A stretch of DNA of 64,000 nucleotides from Prochlorococcus sp. AG-679-M23 (GTDB lineage: Bacteria > Cyanobacteriota > Cyanobacteriia > PCC-6307 > Cyanobiaceae), in assembly GCA_003208875.1 (NCBI GenBank), contig QCUR01000004.1, positions 1 to 64,000 of the forward strand. The letters are read 5' to 3'. Under the pieces are notes generated by a model, which worked only from the letters and a program-made list of their open reading frames with translations, had not been told where the DNA came from and searched no databases. Every line of letters starts with the position of its first letter. The stretch's first letter is position 1. Positions 39,038 to 50,108 of the stretch are shown piece by piece. The position numbers were made by a program, and so were the translations under genes.

Positions 39038-40684
39038 TTGGATATAAATCCTTTTGATGCAATCGTAGTAGGTTCAGGCGCAACAGGAGGAGTAGCTGCA
39101 CTTACTTTGGCCGAACAAGGAATTAAAGTTCTAGTAATAGAAGCAGGACCTCAAATTAAAAGAAATGAGGCTAGTAGTAATGAGCCGAGAGATACCTTAA
39201 ACAGATTATCGGGAATAATCTCAAAGAAACATGCTAATCAAAGTCAACATCCTGGTTATTGGAAAAATAACCCTGATTTATATTCAAATGAATTAAATCA
39301 TCCTTATATCCAATCAAAAGATAAGCCATTCCTTTGGACTCAAGGAAAGCAATATGGAGGTAGATCATTAACTTGGGGAGGTATTACTTTGAGATTTTCT
39401 CCAGATGATTTTCAACCATCAAAAAAAGATGGGTACGGACCAGATTGGCCTATAACCTACGATGAATTATCGCCTCATTATGATTTTATTGAGAAATTTT
39501 GTGGAATTTATGGACAAAAAGATAATATTGAAGAAGTTCCAAATGGGAAATATATTGGTGAAATACCTCTCACAAGTAATGAAAGTTTTTTTGGGAATCA
39601 AGTTAAATCAAAATTAAACTACCCATTTATTCAATCTAGAGGATTTGATCGTAACTCCTCAGTGAAAGAAGAGCAATGGCCAAGATCTTCAAGTATCGGG
39701 ACCACCTTTAAAAAAGCCATAAGCACCGGAAATGTTCAAATACTTTCTAATCACCTCGTAGAATCATTCGAAACAGACAAAATAACTGAGCTAGCTACCA
39801 AAATTATCATTGTTAATCTAGAAAATGGTCAAAGAATATCATTAAATTGCGATTTAATTATTCTATGTGCATCCACAATATCAACACTTAGGATTCTACT
39901 TAACTCGGAATCTAAATCAAATTCTTCAGGTTTTAAAGATACCTCCGTTAAGTTAGGAAAATATTTGATGGATCATATTTCTATCTGTAGGTTTTTTTCA
40001 ATTCCTAATACAATTCAGAAAAAAAATAAATCTAATTCTAATTTTTATCCTGACCTCTCGGGCGCAGGGAGTTTTTTCATACCCTTCGGGTCAAACTTAC
40101 CTAGACCTGAAAATATTAACTTTTTAAGAGGTTATGGAATTTGGGGCGCAATTGATAGGCTTGGAATCCCTAAGTTTTTACAAAAAGAATTAAATTCTTC
40201 TACAGGTTTTCTAATCGCCCATGGTGAGGTCCTACCAAGGAAAGAAAATTCAGTAACTCTCTCTAAGAGAACAGATAGCTGGGGGATTCGAATCCCTCAT
40301 ATTGAATTCAAATGGAGTGAAAACGAATTAAATATGGCAAAACATATGGAAAGTACGATAAGAGATTCGATAAAAGCGGCAGATGGGAAAATCAGAAGAA
40401 TGGATGAGCTCATAAATATTCCATATGTAGGATTATTTACAGAAAAATCTATTGCACTTTCAGGAAATCCACCACCACCGGGATATTATATTCATGAAGT
40501 AGGGGGAGCAGCTATGGGATTTAGTGAGGAAGAAAGTGTCGTCAATAAATCAAATCAACTATGGAGATGCAAAAATGTCCTTGTACTAGATGGTGCGTGT
40601 TGGCCAACTTCTTCATGGCAAAGTCCCACCCTAACGATGATGGCCATAAGCAGAAGAGCTTGTTTAAATATTAAAAAGACTTAG
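39038..40684 (+). CDS. GMC-family oxidoreductase
   Basis: VVGSGATGG, GGRSLTWGG, HEVGGA, PTLTMMA. Confidence 0.9.
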   Translation: MDINPFDAIVVGSGATGGVAALTLAEQGIKVLVIEAGPQIKRNEASSNEPRDTLNRLSGIISKKHANQSQHPGYWKNNPDLYSNELNHPYIQSKDKPFLWTQGKQYGGRSLTWGGITLRFSPDDFQPSKKDGYGPDWPITYDELSPHYDFIEKFCGIYGQKDNIEEVPNGKYIGEIPLTSNESFFGNQVKSKLNYPFIQSRGFDRNSSVKEEQWPRSSSIGTTFKKAISTGNVQILSNHLVESFETDKITELATKIIIVNLENGQRISLNCDLIILCASTISTLRILLNSESKSNSSGFKDTSVKLGKYLMDHISICRFFSIPNTIQKKNKSNSNFYPDLSGAGSFFIPFGSNLPRPENINFLRGYGIWGAIDRLGIPKFLQKELNSSTGFLIAHGEVLPRKENSVTLSKRTDSWGIRIPHIEFKWSENELNMAKHMESTIRDSIKAADGKIRRMDELINIPYVGLFTEKSIALSGNPPPPGYYIHEVGGAAMGFSEEESVVNKSNQLWRCKNVLVLDGACWPTSSWQSPTLTMMAISRRACLNIKKT

Positions 40685-40949
40685 AAGGTGTAAAAAGTTG
40701 ATTTATATAAATCTCTGAAACTGAACTATCAGTGCATCCATTTTGGACAAGAAAAGTAGCTAAAGCAGAATTTATAAGTTTGTATTGATCCCAAGTAGGA
40801 TTATGTAAAACAAAATCTTTCATAGTTTCATAAAGACTTTCTGAAAGCTCAGTTTCTAAAGAAACTTTTGATGGGAAAGAATTATCAAATTTAACTTCAA
40901 TGTTACTCCCTTGATTTATTTGATTCATAAATACAAACCTCGTGTTCAA
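40671..40949 (-). CDS. DUF2811-family protein
   Basis: MKDFVLHNPTWDQYKLINSALATFLVQNG; start may be ATG 40928. Confidence 0.82.
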   Translation of the reverse strand: MNTRFVFMNQINQGSNIEVKFDNSFPSKVSLETELSESLYETMKDFVLHNPTWDQYKLINSALATFLVQNGCTDSSVSEIYINQLFTPSKSF

Positions 40950-41279
40950 ATATAATTGTCTATTTTTTTTTAAAAGTCAAAAAAATATTTTTATCACTTC
41001 TACGTCATTATTAAATGAGACTCATGTTATAAATAAGATTTAACAAAAACGGTTTTCCAAAAGGGAAAATTGAAAAAAGCTTTAAGAAAAGTCAATAATA
41101 ATGTTGAAGTGCTGTTATTTTCGAGATAAGGCTTTATACCTAAATCCATGTGGATATGGACGTGGAAAACTTATTATTAACTGTGGAAAATATAGCCTAA
41201 AATACATTTCTAAATATCTATTAGGAATACTTATATATGATAAGTCTATTGAGACCAAACTAAGAAAGAGACGGTTGAT

Positions 41280-42425
41280 TCAGTCTTTTTCAACTGAATT
41301 TCTTAAGATTTGATCATCACTAAGCAAGCGAAGCGTAACAGGGCCTAAGGGATGTTTGGAATTTGGGTAAACACTATGATGATGATGATGATTGTTATCT
41401 TCATGTTTATGATGATGTTCATCATTATTTTTTTCTACTAAAAGTACTGGCTGATTATCAACATCACTCAGGTTTTGACTATTCGTTTCGCATGCCCCAT
41501 TACATTCAGAATCACACAAATCACAACTAAGTCCTATGCCCTCAACATGATCATGATGACTTTCTTGTACTAAACCAACTTCTTTTTCAAAACCAAATAA
41601 ATTCGATCTGTATTTGCACAAGGAACAATTCATAAAATTGTTGCTCTCGTCATTAAAAATTTCTTCAATCCTTTCTACAAATGTTTGAACAACATATTTA
41701 TGAGATGAAAGATATTTTGCCTCATGAAATTCAACATGTGGATTATCAAGCGCCACTATATCGCTTTGCCTTTTTATTCTTGTTACCAGTACCCCTGAAA
41801 AAAGAAAGTAAGGAAAAATAATTATGTTTTTATAACCAAGTCTTACAACATTTCGCAACCCAGGTTCTACTAATGGAAATGTTACTCCAGAAAATACAGT
41901 TTCTCCCCAGCCCAAACCAACTCCTTCAACAATCATTCTTGTAATTTTAGATACATTAGAATTTGCATCAGGATCAGAGGAACCTCTTCCAACAACAACT
42001 AATAATGATTCTTCAGGAATTAAAGAGTTATTTTTTTGGAATACTTCTTTAACTCTCTCGCAGGCTGCACTAATCATTAAATTATTAATTCCTAATTCTC
42101 TTCCATAAATTATTTCTATATCTGTTTTCTTCGCATAATTCATAAGCAGACTTGGTATGTCATTTTTTACGTGCCCAGCAGCAAAAAGCATAGCCGGTAT
42201 AGCTATTACTTTTTTTATAGAACGATTTCTTAATTTATCCAAAGCATCAGTAAGAGATGGTTTTGCAAATTCCAAAAAACCAAATTCAACTAATATCGAT
42301 GGATATTTTTTTTGTATAAGCCTAGTTAATTCCTGAAATTCTGTAATAGCTAATTTATTTCTACTCCCATGTCCACAAATGAGAATGCCAATTTGCTTAT
42401 TTAAGTTCGAATCAAAAGTATCCAA
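41280..42425 (-). CDS. cbiX: Sirohydrochlorin cobaltochelatase with Cys/His-rich tail
   Basis: GHGSR, AGHVKNDIP, GRGSSD, MNCSLCKYR, poly-His; TTG 42425 preferred. Confidence 0.9.
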   Translation of the reverse strand: MDTFDSNLNKQIGILICGHGSRNKLAITEFQELTRLIQKKYPSILVEFGFLEFAKPSLTDALDKLRNRSIKKVIAIPAMLFAAGHVKNDIPSLLMNYAKKTDIEIIYGRELGINNLMISAACERVKEVFQKNNSLIPEESLLVVVGRGSSDPDANSNVSKITRMIVEGVGLGWGETVFSGVTFPLVEPGLRNVVRLGYKNIIIFPYFLFSGVLVTRIKRQSDIVALDNPHVEFHEAKYLSSHKYVVQTFVERIEEIFNDESNNFMNCSLCKYRSNLFGFEKEVGLVQESHHDHVEGIGLSCDLCDSECNGACETNSQNLSDVDNQPVLLVEKNNDEHHHKHEDNNHHHHHSVYPNSKHPLGPVTLRLLSDDQILRNSVEKD

Positions 42426-42472
42426 TTGTAAGCAATAACTAATAACATAATAGTAAAGAAGAATATTTAGTA

Positions 42473-43753
42473 GTGAAAAAAAATAATCATTTACTTGAAG
42501 TCCCAAATATTAATTCCAGTGATGCACAAGTTAAAAACCTAATTTATAAAATTGACGAAGATATATTAAATAGCCATTACAAATTATCCCCAAAATCAGA
42601 ATATCTTTGTGTTTGCAGCGGGGGTACTACATCAAGCTGCGCTAGAAATGGTTTAATTACTCTTGATTTAAGAAAAGAATATAACCAAATTCATCTTGAG
42701 GAAGAAAAGAATTTAATAAAAATTGGAGGTGGGGTGATTATGAAGGATCTTATGAATTATCTAGAAAAACATAATAAGACCTTCCCTACAGGCCTCTCAA
42801 AACTTCCCGGAGCAGGTTACATATTAACCGGAGGAATAAGTCCGATGAGTCGAAGATATGGATTAGCTATTGATAATATTGAATCTATAAAAGGATACTT
42901 AGGAAATGGAAATTTTATATCATTAGAACAAAACAGTCTGGATTCCGCCCAAAAACTATTATGGGAAGGACTTAAAGGCGCTGCTCCTTTTCTCGCAATA
43001 ATTACTGAAATTGGTCTTAAAACATTCCAATCTCACCCTATTCAAATTATTGAAGGATTTGTAGATGATAATGAACTCTCAAAGATTATTAATTTAGCTG
43101 AGGGATTCCCAGAGAATTTAAGCCTACAATGGATTTATGCTGAAAATATATATATTTATATCTTCGCGGAGATAAAAAATGATTCAGATAACAAAATTAC
43201 CAAAACCTATTTAAAAAAACTTGAAAAATTTAATTATCTCAAAATAAAAAGTTACGAGAACTATAATCAGATAAACTTTTTTCCAAAAGAATTAGAACTA
43301 TTCGAATTAAATAAGAATAACCATTCAGAAGTAATAAGCCTTCTTGGAGGAGATTTAAAAGATAATATTGAAATTTTTGTTAAATGTATGCACGAAATAA
43401 TTAGGAACAAACCAAATAAATCTTGCTATGTTGCCTCACAACAGCTTGGAGGAAAGACAAAAGAATTAGACCATAAATCAAGTTTCTTTATTCATCGGGC
43501 AAGCACTTGGAAACCTTGGATCTATGCCGCATGGGAAAAAGGTGATCTTAAAGAAAAGGAAATTGTTTTGAAGTGGATGAATGAATCGTGGAAGAAACTA
43601 AAAATATTTTTCCCAAAAATACATCTAGCTCAGATTCATAATCATTTAAATTCTCATGAAGAAGAAGTCTATTTATCTTTTGGAGAAAGACTTAGTGAAT
43701 TAAAAACTTTAAAGAATATTTGTGATCCAGAAAGTATTTTGCCTCCTCTATAA
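42473..43753 (+). CDS. FAD-binding oxidoreductase (VAO/BBE-type)
   Basis: GYILTGGISPMSRRYGLAIDNI, LLWEGLKGA, LKNICDP. Confidence 0.8.
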   Translation: MKKNNHLLEVPNINSSDAQVKNLIYKIDEDILNSHYKLSPKSEYLCVCSGGTTSSCARNGLITLDLRKEYNQIHLEEEKNLIKIGGGVIMKDLMNYLEKHNKTFPTGLSKLPGAGYILTGGISPMSRRYGLAIDNIESIKGYLGNGNFISLEQNSLDSAQKLLWEGLKGAAPFLAIITEIGLKTFQSHPIQIIEGFVDDNELSKIINLAEGFPENLSLQWIYAENIYIYIFAEIKNDSDNKITKTYLKKLEKFNYLKIKSYENYNQINFFPKELELFELNKNNHSEVISLLGGDLKDNIEIFVKCMHEIIRNKPNKSCYVASQQLGGKTKELDHKSSFFIHRASTWKPWIYAAWEKGDLKEKEIVLKWMNESWKKLKIFFPKIHLAQIHNHLNSHEEEVYLSFGERLSELKTLKNICDPESILPPL

Positions 43754-43784
43754 GGTAACTTTTTAAGTAAAAGAAGAATTTAAA

Positions 43785-45353
43785 ATGTCAAATTTCACCA
43801 AATATTTATCTAAAAATTGGTTAGATGATCCAAAATCTAATATTCTTTCGGGTTTAGTAGTGGCTTTTGCAATGATTCCTGAAGCGATTGCTTTTTCAGG
43901 AATTGCTGGGGTTGATCCTAAAGTTGGACTTTATGGCGCATTCTGCTTATCTATAACAATTGCGATTCTTGGTGGCAGAAGGGGTATGATTACATCCGCG
44001 ACAGGATCAACAGCACTATTAATGACTGGGGTTGTTGCTATTGGAGAAGCTCAGGCCCCTGGAACAAATCTTGGTCTTTCCTATTTAATAGCAGCAGGAT
44101 TATTAACAGGTGTTTTTCAAATACTCTGGGGATATCTAAGGCTGGCTTATCAAATGAGGTTTGTTCCGACAGGTGTATTAAGCGGATTTGTAAATGCTCT
44201 TGCTTTATTAATATTTCAAGCTCAATTCCTTCAACTAGGAATTGGCATTAATGAAGGGAAACTATTAGAAAATGAACTTTCAAAATATCCGACAAATAGT
44301 CAAATACCTACCGTTTGGATTCTTGTAATTTTAGGATTAATTGTTATTTACGGATTCCCCAAAATGACAAAAGTAATTCCTTCTCAATTAGTAGCAATTG
44401 TTTTGCTTACTTTAATAAGTGTATTTTTTAAATTAGAAATCCCTACTGTAAGTGATTTAGGGACATTACCAAATGGATTCCCTAGTCTCTCCTTACCATT
44501 TGGTGAATTAGCAAATGGGAAAGTACCATTCAACCTTTCAACTTTGGGTGTGATATTGCCAACATCCTTAGCGATATCGCTGGTTGGTTTAATGGAAACA
44601 TTCTTAACTCAAGATATATTAGATGATGCCACAGACACAAGTTCCAACAAAAATAAAGAAGCAAGGGGACAAGGTATAGCCAATATAATATCCTCTTTAT
44701 TTGGAGGCATGGCAGGCTGTGCGTTAGTAGGGCAATCAGTTATGAATAATGAGAATGGAGGTAAATCTAGGTTATCAACCTTAATTTCAGGATTATCATT
44801 ATTATTAATGATAATCCTTTTAAAGCCTTGGATAGGGGCCATACCCATGGCCGCCTTAGTAGCAATAATGATCACAATTGCAATAAGCACTGCTGATTTA
44901 ACTGGTTTGAAAAATATTAGAAAGATACCAAAAAGTGATACCGCAGTAATGCTTATGACTTTTGCGGTTACTATGCTTACAAAACCACATAATCTTGCCC
45001 TAGGTGTTATTGCAGGAGTTGGTTTAGCTGCAATACTGTTTAGCAGGAAAGTTGCAAAAGTAATAACAGTTTCAAGAGTTAAAGGTAAAAACCAAATAAC
45101 TTACAAAGTTGAAGGCCAATTATTTTTTGTCAGTAAAATATATTTTCTACAAGGATTCGATATTCATGAGCATCCAAAAGATATTTTAATTGATATGTCT
45201 TTAGCTCATATTTGGGATCAGAGCGGGGTTGTTGCTTTAGATCAAATTATTAGAAAATTCAAAAATAGCGGCTCAAAAGTTGAAATTATTGGTTTAAATA
45301 AAGAAAGTCTGAACTTATTTGAAAGACTAGGAGGTCTTGAAACCTCTCACTAA
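43785..45353 (+). CDS. SulP/SLC26 anion transporter with STAS domain
   Basis: AMIPEAIAFS, GLYG, GGMAGCALVGQS, C-terminal STAS. Confidence 0.92.
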   Translation: MSNFTKYLSKNWLDDPKSNILSGLVVAFAMIPEAIAFSGIAGVDPKVGLYGAFCLSITIAILGGRRGMITSATGSTALLMTGVVAIGEAQAPGTNLGLSYLIAAGLLTGVFQILWGYLRLAYQMRFVPTGVLSGFVNALALLIFQAQFLQLGIGINEGKLLENELSKYPTNSQIPTVWILVILGLIVIYGFPKMTKVIPSQLVAIVLLTLISVFFKLEIPTVSDLGTLPNGFPSLSLPFGELANGKVPFNLSTLGVILPTSLAISLVGLMETFLTQDILDDATDTSSNKNKEARGQGIANIISSLFGGMAGCALVGQSVMNNENGGKSRLSTLISGLSLLLMIILLKPWIGAIPMAALVAIMITIAISTADLTGLKNIRKIPKSDTAVMLMTFAVTMLTKPHNLALGVIAGVGLAAILFSRKVAKVITVSRVKGKNQITYKVEGQLFFVSKIYFLQGFDIHEHPKDILIDMSLAHIWDQSGVVALDQIIRKFKNSGSKVEIIGLNKESLNLFERLGGLETSH

Positions 45354-45359
45354 TTCAAT

Positions 45360-46250
45360 TCAACTGAGACTAACTTGCTGATAACAAAACCATAGCCATT
45401 GCTGGAAAAGGAGATTTCGATGAGATCTCCAAGATGTATTTGAAGAATTAATATCAAAATTCTCAGGAGGAGGTACATCTCCCTTTTCTTTATCTCTGTT
45501 AATTTCGCTTATTATTCTATGCACTGTATATTCAGGATGACCTAAATGCATGAGTTGTTTTTGATCTTTGGTTTCAAATATTGTGTAACCAACATCCTTG
45601 CCATATGCAAGCAAATTCAATTTCCCTTCTTTTTGAGCTTCTTCCATTTCAAGATCAGGTAACCCTGCAAATCTACTTTGAGGACAAATAAATTCATCAT
45701 CTTGCGTACCCATTAAAGGATGACCTGGGGCAAGACTCTTTAAAGGAAATACCCCGAATAATTTCTTATCAAATACTTTTTTATTAACACCTGCCAAATA
45801 AGCAAGTGCAAATCCTGCCCAGCACAACCCAAGGGTGCTTGCACATGAATTTCTTGCTTCATTAGTAATATTTACGAATTCATCCCAATATTTAACTTCT
45901 TCAAAAGCTAAATGCTCAACAGGTGCTCCGGTAATAATTACTCCATCTAATGGTTCTGGATCATTTGCCTGCTCCCATGTTGTATAAAGATTATTTAAAT
46001 GGTTAAGATCCCATGTTTTATATGAATGAGTTTTTAACTTTATCCAAACAGGCTCAATTTGAAGAGGGGATAAACCAAGAGGATGTAATAAATTAAATTC
46101 ATATTGCTTACCAAGTGGCATGATATTTAAAATACCAATCCTTAATGGTCGTATATCCTGTCTTTCAGCCAAATCTGGTTCAATCCAAGAAATATGATTT
46201 TTCTCTACATCACTAATCTTGTGATAATTGCTAGGTATTATTAAAGCCAA
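45360..46250 (-). CDS. metA: Homoserine O-acyltransferase
   Basis: ILNIMP, ITGAPVE, LCWAG, GHPEY. Confidence 0.93.
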   Translation of the reverse strand: MALIIPSNYHKISDVEKNHISWIEPDLAERQDIRPLRIGILNIMPLGKQYEFNLLHPLGLSPLQIEPVWIKLKTHSYKTWDLNHLNNLYTTWEQANDPEPLDGVIITGAPVEHLAFEEVKYWDEFVNITNEARNSCASTLGLCWAGFALAYLAGVNKKVFDKKLFGVFPLKSLAPGHPLMGTQDDEFICPQSRFAGLPDLEMEEAQKEGKLNLLAYGKDVGYTIFETKDQKQLMHLGHPEYTVHRIISEINRDKEKGDVPPPENFDINSSNTSWRSHRNLLFQQWLWFCYQQVSLS

Positions 46251-46264
46251 AGAATCTCCATTAT

Positions 46265-47617
<1,353 letters not shown>

Positions 47618-47666
47618 CTATTTAACTTAAAAACTTCCTAAAAATAAATATAAAGAAGATAAATCT

Positions 47667-48326
47667 TTATAAATCCTCTTTTAATGATGGATAATTTCCC
47701 CTCATAAATGATTTTAAATCTTCATTTATTTCAGATCTCAAATCTTCTACATTATTACTGTCAACAATAGGGAAAGTTTTGTTTGCTTCAGGATCTTTTT
47801 CAATAATAGATTTCCAGCTTTTACTCACATCTTTTTCTGATTTATTAAATATATTAATGAAATCAAAAGGCTCGTTATTATTTTTAGCATCGTATTCTTT
47901 AAAAGCTTTTTCAATAATTTGTTTTCTATTGACAAACAAATTTTTAGCCTTCAAAGTATCTGGTAATCCCATTACTGGTTGTAGCTCTTTAAGAAGTTTT
48001 AACTCCTCTTCAATCAAAAGAGTCCAAACACTTACTTGTTTTTTGGGCACGTTAGATTCACTAAAAATTTTAATTTCTTCAAGATAGAAATTTAACCATA
48101 AATAATAAGATTTCTCTTCAATAGATTTTTTAACAGATGCTTTTTTATTTTGAATTTTAGGAAGTAACTTCTCTGCTTTTTTCAAAAATTGTCTGTCTTC
48201 TCTTTCTAGATTTATCAATCCCCATCTTTGACTATAGTCCCATAAATCCTCATACCTTGTTAAATCTTCTTGGTTCCAACCAAGAGCTTTGAGTTCAGGA
48301 GAGCGATGCGATAATTCTTTATTCAA
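47667..48326 (-). CDS. Conserved hypothetical protein
   Basis: 219-aa ORF; no family recognised. Confidence 0.8.
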   Translation of the reverse strand: MNKELSHRSPELKALGWNQEDLTRYEDLWDYSQRWGLINLEREDRQFLKKAEKLLPKIQNKKASVKKSIEEKSYYLWLNFYLEEIKIFSESNVPKKQVSVWTLLIEEELKLLKELQPVMGLPDTLKAKNLFVNRKQIIEKAFKEYDAKNNNEPFDFINIFNKSEKDVSKSWKSIIEKDPEANKTFPIVDSNNVEDLRSEINEDLKSFMRGNYPSLKEDL

Positions 48327-48430
48327 AAAAAAACCTACTTTAACTTAATAAGTCTAACTCTCAAATTAGGATAAGTAAATAATAGAAAAGAGCAACTCAA
48401 TTGATTTAGATAAATTTAGTAAGTATTGTA

Positions 48431-49957
48431 CTAATTAGTAAAGTATTTATTTATTATATTCATTGCTTTAATGTAATTTGGATTTTTTTTAGAAGATAAT
48501 TTTTCATATAATTTTTTTTCAAATTTCATTTTATTATTATTTGAAATTAATTTCTCATAAAATAATTTTTTATTATCAAAAATATCCATTCCTTGAAGTT
48601 TATAGTTTAGTTCTAAACATAAATTAGGCTTTACAGATTCCTGACAAAAATTAGTTATTGCATCTGAATTAATTAATACTTCATAAATATCTTTTTTCTC
48701 TTCAGCTTTTGCATTAAAGCATAAATAAATTAGATTAATCATCGAGCAATTATTATTTTTAATATTAAATTCCCTGTAAATTTTGGGCCAATATATTAGC
48801 GATTTCAATCCCTCAAGGCCTCCTTGACCTAAGCTAAATTTTTCACACCAATTAATAAATTCACCGACATCATTAGGACATCTCTTAAGTCTTAAAAGCA
48901 TATCTGATAAAACTTGTCCTGCCTGAAAATTCCTTGTTGGATTTCCCTCTATTGGCAACGACATGCTCCCTAAAACATCAGCTTTAACAGCATTTAGTTG
49001 AGAAAAAGTATAATCAGCTGATTCAACATATTTGTTACCAAGATTTTCTTTAGAGATAATAATATCTTCACCATATCCAAGTTCTTTTAATGAAAAATTT
49101 ACGTTTTGAAATTTATTTTCTTTTCTAACTTTTAAAGAAACAGTAGCTGCTTGATCCAAGCACTGAGTTAATAAAACAGTATTAATTGTGGGTAACATTC
49201 CAGGCTTTTCTGAATGAAAGTTAGTGACAAACCCTGCGAATATTGAAGAAATATTTTTTATGGACTTAATGTACTGGCATTCAATATTATGCACTCCAGG
49301 GGATACTTGAATATTTGGAGACAATTGATTTAAAATTCTTGCACCAATAAGAGCTGTTAATGAGTCAGGATGACAAAAATTAGCGGTAAAACTATCTTTA
49401 GGGTTTCGTAATGCACCATGACGATGAAAGCCTGTAAAGAAAGCTAAATCAGGATATTGATCACATAAAATGTATGGTTTTTCATCTTCATCATCAAAAC
49501 AAAAAGAGCCCACAAGACATGCAAGAACTACATTCTCACGATTTAAAGATTTTCTTAATTCTATGGCATAACGAATATCATTTTGTATGTGATTACTATT
49601 TGAAGCGAGAATAACGATATTGCATTTTAAAAGAAGATCTTCGAGTGTATTGCTCTTACTTTTGCCCTCAAAAAAGTAATTTCCCATACCTTCTACTTTT
49701 TCTATTATTTTGTGTTCCATATTAGAAAGAACATCTTTAGAAAAAGCACCTAATAAATCTCTTCCAGGTCTTGGAGCTAAAAGAATATTATTTGACTCAG
49801 AATGCATTGCACAGTTATATGCTAATGATGCTGGATATAATCCAACACTATAGAATCCCACTTTGCAGCTTTCAATGTCTTCTAACAATGAATAAAAAGA
49901 TTCTTTGTTATTTAACTGCCTAAAAAAACTATTATTCATTTTGTTCTTTTTATCCAT
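48431..49957 (-). CDS. Divergent NAD(P)H glycerol-3-phosphate dehydrogenase (GpsA)-like protein
   Basis: Colinear GpsA-like motifs: KVGFYSVGLYPASLA, IVILASNS, SIKNISSIFAG, ADVL, TRNFQAG, LEG. Confidence 0.6.
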   Translation of the reverse strand: MDKKNKMNNSFFRQLNNKESFYSLLEDIESCKVGFYSVGLYPASLAYNCAMHSESNNILLAPRPGRDLLGAFSKDVLSNMEHKIIEKVEGMGNYFFEGKSKSNTLEDLLLKCNIVILASNSNHIQNDIRYAIELRKSLNRENVVLACLVGSFCFDDEDEKPYILCDQYPDLAFFTGFHRHGALRNPKDSFTANFCHPDSLTALIGARILNQLSPNIQVSPGVHNIECQYIKSIKNISSIFAGFVTNFHSEKPGMLPTINTVLLTQCLDQAATVSLKVRKENKFQNVNFSLKELGYGEDIIISKENLGNKYVESADYTFSQLNAVKADVLGSMSLPIEGNPTRNFQAGQVLSDMLLRLKRCPNDVGEFINWCEKFSLGQGGLEGLKSLIYWPKIYREFNIKNNNCSMINLIYLCFNAKAEEKKDIYEVLINSDAITNFCQESVKPNLCLELNYKLQGMDIFDNKKLFYEKLISNNNKMKFEKKLYEKLSSKKNPNYIKAMNIINKYFTN

Positions 49958-50108
49958 AAATCATCTTAATATTTTTTATAAATAGCATTTTTATACATTA
50001 AACCAATTTATTGCCATCGCAAATCGTTTTAATATAAATATTGAATTTTATATTTTCAAGTTCAAGCTTTATTATGGATTCAAAAGAGAGGGAATTTTTA
50101 TAATAGGA

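Noticed and set aside
41101..41313. 70-aa plus-strand ORF
   Set aside because: Atypical composition, overlaps the cbiX 3' end, and covers the DnaA-box-like cluster
41375..41425. (GAT)n microsatellite
   Set aside because: Encodes the normal His-rich tail of CbiX
42426..42506. N-terminal extension of cbiX in the ORF track
   Set aside because: Low-complexity sequence overlapping the divergent gene start; TTG 42425 is more plausible
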